DNA from: Nonlabens ponticola
Lineage (GTDB): Bacteria; Bacteroidota; Bacteroidia; Flavobacteriales; Flavobacteriaceae
Length of the DNA stretch: 32,000 nucleotides
NCBI RefSeq assembly: GCF_003966335.1
Contig: NZ_CP034549.1
Coordinates: forward strand, 2,520,001-2,552,000
Direction: 5' to 3'
The notes under the pieces were generated by a model. It was not told the DNA's origin, ran no database searches, and saw only the letters and a program-made list of their open reading frames with translations. A program made the translations under genes and the position numbers. Positions 9,601 to 15,450 of this stretch are shown here, in pieces (the stretch's first letter is position 1; the number at the start of each line of letters is the position of its first letter).

Positions 9601-11097
9601 CATAGGCACATAAGTAAGACAAAGAATAATGGCACCTATCATTGCAAACCCAAAAGTGTATGCCATAGGTTTGAACATTTTACCTTCTACACCTGTAAGA
9701 AAAAGTATGGGTGTAAAAACGATGAGAATGATGATTTGTCCAAAAAAAGCAGAACCCATCATTGTGCTTCCCGCTTCATAGGCTACTTTATCCATTAGGT
9801 CTTGATTGAATTTTAACTTGCCAGACCTAATTCGTTTTTGGATCTCATACACCGTTCCTTCTATAATAATCACTGCACCATCTATGATGATTCCAAAATC
9901 AATAGCTCCCAAACTCATTAAGTTTGCCCATACATTAAACTGCTTCATCAGGATAAAGGCAAAAAGTAAAGACAGTGGTATGGTCGTGGCTGTTATGATT
10001 CCGCCTCTTAAACTACCCAGCAATAAAACAAGGGCAAAAATCACAATCAAGGCACCTTCTAGTAAATTGGTTTTAACCGTATCTGTAGTTCGCGCAATTA
10101 GCTCGCTACGATCAATTATTGGGACAATGCTAAGTCCTTCTGGCAGGGATTTTTCAATTTCTGCCATACGATTCTTCACATTTTGAATGACTGCATTAGG
10201 ATTAGAACCCTTGAGCATCATTATAATACCACCAACAGCTTCCTTACCGTCCTGTGTAAATGCGCCATAACGCACTTGATTCCCAAAATGGACACGCGTT
10301 GCCACATCTCCAATAGTTATAGGAATATTACCTTCATTAGTAATCGAGATATTCTTAATGTCCTCCAAAGAGCGAATTAGACCTTCGCCTCTTATGAAAT
10401 TTGACATTTTATTTTTTTCTATATAGGCGCCACCAGTATTGACATTGTTCATAGCAAGAGACTCATAAACTTGTGAAATGCTGATGCCCATACTGTTTAA
10501 CTTTTCTGGATCTAGAGCAACCTCGTATTGTTTAATACTACCGCCATAAGAGTTAACTTCTACCACACCTTCCAGCAAAGTAAGTTGTCTTTTGATAACC
10601 CAATCCTGCACGGTGCGCAGTTCCATAGGCGAATACTTGGTTTCAAAACCTTCTTCTGGTTTTATGGTGTATTCATAAATTTGACCTAAACCTGTGGAAA
10701 TAGGACCCATAGACGGACTCCCAAATTTTTCAGGAATGGATTCGCCCAATTCATTAAGTTTTTCCCCTACCAGCTGTCGAGGAAGATAAGTCTCCATATC
10801 GTCTTCAAAAACGATGGTTACTACAGAGAGTCCAAAACGTGAGATAGATCGTATTTCGGTAACGCCTGGCAAATTACCCATAGATAATTCTACTGGATAG
10901 GTTACAAACTGCTCGATATCTTCCGTTCCCAGATTCGGCGATTGTGTGAGGACCTGTACCTGGTTATTGGTAATATCTGGCACGGATCCAAGATTTACTG
11001 TTGCCATCGACCAGATACCGACTCCTATAAGAGTTAAGGTAAAAAAGCCAATAATAAATTTATTATTGATTGAAAAATCAATGATTTTATTAATCAT
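6652..11097 (-). CDS. czcA: CzcA-family heavy-metal RND pump fused in frame to a TolC/CzcC-like outer-membrane-factor domain
   Basis: 1481-aa uninterrupted ORF. The first ~1040 aa are typical CzcA/CusA (12-TM layout; GAIDFGIIIDGAVIIIE; ATVVIGGMLTATLLTLVVLPVLY). Next comes RERKDQKK plus a hydrophobic stretch ending WASA-Q. The remaining ~430 aa are coiled-coil-rich TolC-like sequence. Confidence 0.9.
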   Translation of the reverse strand: MINKIIDFSINNKFIIGFFTLTLIGVGIWSMATVNLGSVPDITNNQVQVLTQSPNLGTEDIEQFVTYPVELSMGNLPGVTEIRSISRFGLSVVTIVFEDDMETYLPRQLVGEKLNELGESIPEKFGSPSMGPISTGLGQIYEYTIKPEEGFETKYSPMELRTVQDWVIKRQLTLLEGVVEVNSYGGSIKQYEVALDPEKLNSMGISISQVYESLAMNNVNTGGAYIEKNKMSNFIRGEGLIRSLEDIKNISITNEGNIPITIGDVATRVHFGNQVRYGAFTQDGKEAVGGIIMMLKGSNPNAVIQNVKNRMAEIEKSLPEGLSIVPIIDRSELIARTTDTVKTNLLEGALIVIFALVLLLGSLRGGIITATTIPLSLLFAFILMKQFNVWANLMSLGAIDFGIIIDGAVIIIEGTVYEIQKRIRSGKLKFNQDLMDKVAYEAGSTMMGSAFFGQIIILIVFTPILFLTGVEGKMFKPMAYTFGFAMIGAIILCLTYVPMMSALFMKPVQNTKNWFSRFECWLEKLSDKIIGAVHSAYMPLLEGALKLKLIVLSAAAVLLVIAGFIFSNMGGEFVPQLDEGDLAMQALIRPGSSLSESIEVSKKIENILLDNFPEIKTVTARIGVADIPTDPMPMDIADMYIILNKDMDDWTTASTKEGLIDAIRDKLNEELVGVNLVFTQPVELRFNELLEGVREDIAVKLYGEDLEVLSKKVQEMAAIIQTVPGAGDVSAERTAGLPQMTVKFRRDKMAQYGLDIQKVNDYISTAFAGGTAGVIFEGEKRFDLVVRFDESHRKSIDDLRNMYIDLKDGNQVPIIEIAEIEYVPGPMQISRDNTYRRTYVGVNARGRDVESVVKDIQKRLDEELDLPSGYYITYGGEFENLQSAKDRLIIVVPIALFLIFILLYFALKSFSQSLMIYIAIPLAAIGGVFALWLRDMPFSISAGVGFIVLFGVAVLNGLVLINRFNSLKEEGVVSIKDRIFKGTKERIRPIMLTATTDIFGFLPMAFSTSAGAEVQQPLATVVIGGMLTATLLTLVVLPVLYTFIEKRRERKDQKKIGSFNTQALTTILILGFMLGGTSWASAQRAVEEKAKQSQAPLQDSIVQDSIIPITLSRAVEIAKENYPVLKTSQLEIERQNALTGNAYDFGNTQVFTGGEEVANGQGIYTLIGIGQQNIDLLGIGAKERLQQQRIELAQTAFDLSKILVEREVKKAWSEGFQAKKKFLLYRELDSIYNQFAQSVELNYEVEAISRLEYDAARNQALRVNNKFQQAETDYLIALQKLNLWLTPDTMYTVTDELEADEISISETVEILNDHPELSLSRKRIDEAQASYDAARVNLLPKFNLQGGLQRVNGDSGFYTYQVGITVPLFSGPDRSRAKAAKLDTQIAETDAAYKQRELQSQYTQAMQNYVRWRDTWFFYKTEALPLAIDQRKGALLAYKEGALDYAAFTQIIRDAIQTEMDALDALDNYLKALFELQYFQN
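7130..7145. repeat. Iterated palindrome copy 3 (16-bp perfect CGCTTTCGCGAAAGCG)
   Basis: Read directly. It lies inside the TolC-like part of the fusion, encoding L-S-R-K-R (third reading frame of the palindrome). Confidence 0.97.
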
Positions 11098-11134
11098 TTA
11101 ATTGTGTTATTAATTCAGTTAATATATGGGTGTA

Positions 11135-11150
11135 CGCTTTCGCAAAAGCG
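11135..11150. repeat. Iterated palindrome, degenerate copy (CGCTTTCGCaAAAGCG, one mismatch at 11144)
   Basis: Read directly. This is the only copy in non-coding DNA, in the 118-nt gap between the small Cys-rich gene and czcA. Confidence 0.85.
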
Positions 11151-11185
11151 AAAACAAATAATATCTCCCGAAGGGAAACATCACG

Positions 11186-11205
11186 ACAGGATATAGCTAT
11201 CCTGT
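11186..11205 (-). other. Hairpin (8-bp stem ACAGGATA/TATCCTGT, 4-nt loop) in the intercistronic leader of czcA
   Basis: Read directly. There is no downstream U-tract on the minus strand, so it is not a canonical terminator. A small TCCC/GGGA hairpin (11166-11176) and the degenerate palindrome lie in the same spacer. Confidence 0.35.
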
Positions 11206-11215
11206 AAAAACTGAG

Positions 11216-11533
11216 TTATGCCCGTGGTGGTTGTAATAGGGAAAGGGAAATATCCTTGCCTATACTGTCAAAATAAACCGTAGAAAGTTTATAGTCTGCT
11301 GGATGGTAAAGGTCTAATACATTTAATCCAAAATCTAACGTGTGAACGTGACAGCAATGACAATGACAAAAAGGAGAACACATATCAAGTAGATTGTGGT
11401 AGTAATCACCAGTGTCGCTTTGTGAAAATTCTATTTGCGTGCTATCCTCAAAAGAGTCAACATTTGCATCACTGCAAGGCGCAAAATTAAGCGCGAGCAG
11501 ATAGAATGAGAATATGACCGTAATAATTTTCAC
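11216..11533 (-). CDS. Small secreted Cys/His-rich protein (CSPFCHCHCCH motif; resembles what I recall as the Bacteroidota DUF6660 family)
   Basis: 105 aa with an N-terminal signal-like segment MKIITVIFSFYLLALNFAPCSD and the motif MCSPFCHCHCCHVH. GTG start at 11533. It is the first gene of the czc-like operon. Confidence 0.55.
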   Translation of the reverse strand: MKIITVIFSFYLLALNFAPCSDANVDSFEDSTQIEFSQSDTGDYYHNLLDMCSPFCHCHCCHVHTLDFGLNVLDLYHPADYKLSTVYFDSIGKDISLSLLQPPRA

Positions 11534-11537
11534 AAAA

Positions 11538-11545
11538 CAAAGATA
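11538..11545 (-). promoter_or_regulatory. Candidate Bacteroidota -7 box TATCTTTG (TAnnTTTG)
   Basis: Exact match to TAnnTTTG on the minus strand, only 4 nt upstream of the GTG start and 11 nt downstream of the TTGCAC repeat. This implies a very short or absent leader. Confidence 0.3.
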
Positions 11546-11556
11546 CCCTAATTCTA

Positions 11557-11573
11557 GTGCAACTGGTGTGCAA
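11557..11573 (-). promoter_or_regulatory. Direct repeat TTGCAC-N5-TTGCAC (minus-strand reading); candidate operator overlapping a -33 region
   Basis: The plus strand reads GTGCAActggtGTGCAA. The site lies in the 54-nt gap upstream of the czc-like operon. Half-sites and spacing are identical to 4347-4363. Confidence 0.45.
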
Positions 11574-11587
11574 AGGTTTTATTCAAA

Positions 11588-13192
11588 TTATTTACGAATA
11601 AATTTAGATGGCTCTGAAAAATCTTTTACTATATCTAGAATCTGATTTATAGGTTCTGGGACACTATCGATATTTATACGTTGGGCAATGGTTCGTGCAA
11701 AGAGTACTTTATTATAAGTCGCTTTTTTCTTTTGATATAAAATTCTACTGATATTTGACAGGAAGTCGTTATTACGGTCAAAATCTGTAATCAAAATCTT
11801 AGGTTCCTCTGGATATAAATAGTTTAAAATTTCCACAGAATACTTAATATCAAATAAGTCTTCAAATGTTCCATTTTCTATAAAGATCATTCTATATTTA
11901 TTCTGTTCATTCTGTATGACGCGATTAATATCATCTCTTTCTTTAGTTGCATCGGAATCTAAAAAGCACACCATTTTTCGTTTAGGGTATTTGCTTCGGA
12001 AATTAAAAAAGTCTTCTTTCAATTTTTGCTTTGACTTTGAATTATAGACTTGTATCTCATTATGTGATAATACGAACCGTTTTCTGAAAGCTAATATTGG
12101 AATAGCAACCTCTTCGCTTTCCCCTTCAACTAAAATGATAACTTTTGGATTATTAACAATATTGAGGTTTGGTAAAAAGTTTCCAAATCTATCTGCCATT
12201 GATTTTTTAAAATCTTCAAAAAACTCTTTAAAGTAAACTAAACCTATTTTTTCAGCTATGGCTGTATTTTCTAGTAACAGCTTATATTGAAGTAATTCTT
12301 CTGGCAAAATAATAGTTTGTTTTTCACCACAACAAGGACAAATCATATCATCTTCAAGCTCATCTTTTCTGGAATGCGCTTTTACTCTGATATTTTTAAA
12401 CTCTTCTGCAAATTGTTTAAGTTCAGGATTCGCAGAAAACCCTTTCAAACCGTATTTTTTAAATACTTCGTGATCTATTTGGAAATACGAGTAGTGAAGA
12501 GCTTCACTCATACCTATTTTGGGCATTTCCACTTCTGCAATGGTTGTGAACCCTACACCTAATTCTTTATGCTCTTTATTTATTTTTTCAACATAACGTC
12601 TATAAAAAAGAGTTAATTCCTGTAATGGTGGAAAATTCATTAATCTAAAAAGTAGCTCTAATTTTTCTTTGTTAGTTGACGGTAGCGTAGATTGACTCAA
12701 TCTTTTTTCTAAGTGGCCATCGAGATTCATATTTTTTAAGCCTAAATCTTCAACAACCTTAGAAAAATTATGTTCTATGTCATTATCATCAAGTTTAGCA
12801 AGATCCATATGGTACTTTAATTCAACGTCCTCAAAATGCTCTTTTGTAAGTTTACAGATTGTTAGAGTATATGGTGTTGCTTCTATAATCCAATTGAATT
12901 CATAATCAATTCCTGGCAAGTACTTTTCATAAAGAATCTCAAGAGTTGGTTTCCAAATATTCTTAAATATGAAAAACTTGTCTAAAGCCACTAAAACTTC
13001 ATCTGCATTTTGATTTTCCTCTTCACCACCTTTATTAACATTAACGAGTAATCTAATGACATTGTTTAAAATTGTATCGTGTCCAAAGACAGCAATTCTA
13101 TTTAAAGAACCTTTGATGATTCCCATATAACCACCTTCTACGATTTTTCTCCAATCGTTATCTCTATTCTCAGTTTCAACTTCTTTACCCAT
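11588..13192 (-). CDS. Hypothetical protein with a C-terminal OLD-type TOPRIM nuclease-like domain and no recognisable ATPase
   Basis: The TOPRIM Glu motif VIILVEGESEE is at about 12106-12145, and the DxD motif CFLDSDATKE is at about 11945-11975. The ~340-aa N-terminal region has no Walker A motif. There is a single CPCCGEK motif. Start is ATG 13192 (or GTG 13195), overlapping the upstream stop as TGATG. The gene is markedly AT-rich. Confidence 0.6.
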   Translation of the reverse strand: MGKEVETENRDNDWRKIVEGGYMGIIKGSLNRIAVFGHDTILNNVIRLLVNVNKGGEEENQNADEVLVALDKFFIFKNIWKPTLEILYEKYLPGIDYEFNWIIEATPYTLTICKLTKEHFEDVELKYHMDLAKLDDNDIEHNFSKVVEDLGLKNMNLDGHLEKRLSQSTLPSTNKEKLELLFRLMNFPPLQELTLFYRRYVEKINKEHKELGVGFTTIAEVEMPKIGMSEALHYSYFQIDHEVFKKYGLKGFSANPELKQFAEEFKNIRVKAHSRKDELEDDMICPCCGEKQTIILPEELLQYKLLLENTAIAEKIGLVYFKEFFEDFKKSMADRFGNFLPNLNIVNNPKVIILVEGESEEVAIPILAFRKRFVLSHNEIQVYNSKSKQKLKEDFFNFRSKYPKRKMVCFLDSDATKERDDINRVIQNEQNKYRMIFIENGTFEDLFDIKYSVEILNYLYPEEPKILITDFDRNNDFLSNISRILYQKKKATYNKVLFARTIAQRINIDSVPEPINQILDIVKDFSEPSKFIRK

Positions 13193-14934
13193 CACTTTAT
13201 CTCATCTATTGTGCTCCCGCAAGTTAACATTTGCTCACCATAGTATGGATTTTTGATATCCTTCTCGACACTTAGCCAGACCGCGCCTTTATTATTATTT
13301 GCCATCGGGCATTTCTGAACATATAGTATCTCTTCGGTTGCATTTATATTCATCGCGATGGGCACCATATTTTCATTTAATATCACAAAATGGTCACGTT
13401 GATTATCCAGATTATCGTTCGCTGCAATGGCATCTAGCATTTCAATACTTTTCTTGATATGTGATTGTTCCATACTACCGAGACTTTTAATATCTGCGGA
13501 TTTTAAAGATGTTGATGTCGCTTTCGCGAAAGCAGAAACCTGATTTGCATCGCTCGCTACCAAAGCATCTTTCATCTGCAAATAAGGCTTAAGCGCTTTC
13601 TTAAATTCACTTTGAAAATTTTCTGTAAATTCCATTTTCATTTGAGACATAGGCATCTCAGATGCCTCTTCCTTTCCCTGATTCATCATAGATTTTTTGC
13701 CTTGTAGCTGGGCTGCTGCGTCTACTGTAAAAGTTCCGTTTGTCACAATCTCGTCGCCAGTTTGTAGGCCCTCTGTTACAGCATAATTTTCACCATTACG
13801 ATTTCCAATGGTTACTTCACGCATTTCAAAAACGGGTTCGTTGGGACTGGTTTTTATATAGACCAATGAGCGTTCGCCAGTCCACATTACGGCACTTGCA
13901 GGAACTGTTATCACTTCGTTAGTCATCATCATTTCCCCTTCGAGTTTTCCCGTTACAAACATTCCTGGTTTAAAGAGGTTGTCTGTATTTTTTAGTGTTG
14001 CTCTAACGGTAACCGTTCGCGTGGCATTGTTAAGTATGGGGTCAATAAACGAAACCGTAGCACCAAATTCTTTATTGGCATAAGCATTGGTTACTACTTT
14101 TATTTTCTGACCTACTTTTAAATCTGAAATTTGATTTTCATAGGCATCAAATTCTGCCCAAACTGAATTTAAATTGCTTACTTTTAAAATGGGCTGACCT
14201 TGTTTTACATAGTCGCCTTCACGTGCCATCACTTCTGAAACCGTTCCTGAAACGGTGGCATAAATGGGGAAATTATCTCGCACTTTTCCTGAAGTTTCAA
14301 TCGCATTAATTTGGCCTTCTGAAAGTTTCCATAATTTCAATTTGTTGCGCACTGCCTTGTATAGTTCAGGCTGCGATTCTTTTAATGAAGCTGTTGTGAG
14401 CAATTCTTGCTGTGCAGCGACCAAATTTGGTGCATAAATGGTGGCCAGTAATTGACCACGATTTACTTTTTGGCCTTCATAATTAACATTCAAACGCTCG
14501 ATACGCCCATCAAAATGGCTTGCTTGTACAGCATTGTTTTCTTCGTTGGTGGCGATTTTGCCAGAAAGCGTAATCATTCCATCATCTTCTGACATACTGC
14601 TATTACCTACAATAGTAGTTTGAATGTTTGCCAGTGCCATTGCATTTTCTGTCATTTTAATTTCATTAACTGCAAGACCATCTGCACCAGATTCAGCAGG
14701 TATCAAGTCCATTCCACATATAGGGCAGTCGCCTGGTTCGGGCTGCATAATCTGTGGGTGCATTGAGCAGGTCCACATTTGGTTTGGCGACTCGCCAGAA
14801 TGGTCGTGGGTATCTGACATTTCAGAAACGTCCTTGTTTGCCTTGGCATCACTACCTGAACTACCAAAAATGAGCCATCCACCTAGTAGTCCCACGATTA
14901 GTGCAAGTGCTATATATAAAATGTTCTTGTTCAT
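13192..14934 (-). CDS. CusB-like RND periplasmic adaptor with an N-terminal HMBD metal-binding module and a C-terminal DUF3347 domain
   Basis: WTCSMHPQIMQPEPGDCPICGMDLIP is at about 14700-14780. An adaptor core follows (ATVSGTVSEV...GDYVKQGQPI). The C-terminus KCPMANNNKGAVWLSVEKDIKNPYYGEQMLTCG parallels the standalone DUF3347 gene at 20275-20865. Confidence 0.85.
   Translation of the reverse strand: MNKNILYIALALIVGLLGGWLIFGSSGSDAKANKDVSEMSDTHDHSGESPNQMWTCSMHPQIMQPEPGDCPICGMDLIPAESGADGLAVNEIKMTENAMALANIQTTIVGNSSMSEDDGMITLSGKIATNEENNAVQASHFDGRIERLNVNYEGQKVNRGQLLATIYAPNLVAAQQELLTTASLKESQPELYKAVRNKLKLWKLSEGQINAIETSGKVRDNFPIYATVSGTVSEVMAREGDYVKQGQPILKVSNLNSVWAEFDAYENQISDLKVGQKIKVVTNAYANKEFGATVSFIDPILNNATRTVTVRATLKNTDNLFKPGMFVTGKLEGEMMMTNEVITVPASAVMWTGERSLVYIKTSPNEPVFEMREVTIGNRNGENYAVTEGLQTGDEIVTNGTFTVDAAAQLQGKKSMMNQGKEEASEMPMSQMKMEFTENFQSEFKKALKPYLQMKDALVASDANQVSAFAKATSTSLKSADIKSLGSMEQSHIKKSIEMLDAIAANDNLDNQRDHFVILNENMVPIAMNINATEEILYVQKCPMANNNKGAVWLSVEKDIKNPYYGEQMLTCGSTIDEIK
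13520..13533. repeat. Iterated palindrome copy 4 (14-bp perfect core GCTTTCGCGAAAGC)
   Basis: Read directly. It lies inside the CusB-like CDS, encoding S-A-F-A-K-A-T. Confidence 0.95.
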
Positions 14935-14938
14935 ACTA

Positions 14939-15430
14939 TTATTTCTCGTTTTGTAAACGTTCGATCATCGCATTCATTTCTTCAATCTCTTTTCGTTGTG
15001 CTTTGATAATTTCCTCTGCAAGTTTTTTTACTTCTGGATCTTTGATGTCTGCACGCTCGCTTGTTAAAATTGCTATGGAATGATGAGGAATCATTGCTTT
15101 CATCCAGAGTACATCGCCTACGGTAGATTTTTGGTCACGTACCAGCCCCAAAGCACCTACAAATAGAACGATACTTCCCAGAACAATGGCGATATTCTTC
15201 TTTTTATTTTGATACATTCCACGCATTGATGCAAACATTATAATGGCCATTGCCGCAATCCCTAAACAGACCATATAAAAGCGAGTTAGACTGAACCATA
15301 CGTGGTCCCACTCATAAGTGTTTAGGTACATCGTGATGTACATAGCCACGAAGGACGCTGCGAGCATTCCCACAAATTTTGTGTAATTGCCTTTTTTCAT
15401 TTCATTGTGATTGTTTTCTTTTGACTTCAT
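14939..15430 (-). CDS. DUF305-family membrane-anchored protein
   Basis: Contains MIPHHSIAILTSE and LAEEIIKAQRKEIEEMNAMI, as in DUF305. Three hydrophobic segments lie at the N-terminus. Confidence 0.7.
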   Translation of the reverse strand: MKSKENNHNEMKKGNYTKFVGMLAASFVAMYITMYLNTYEWDHVWFSLTRFYMVCLGIAAMAIIMFASMRGMYQNKKKNIAIVLGSIVLFVGALGLVRDQKSTVGDVLWMKAMIPHHSIAILTSERADIKDPEVKKLAEEIIKAQRKEIEEMNAMIERLQNEK

Positions 15431-15450
15431 CTGTTTTGGTTTTTTAGTTA

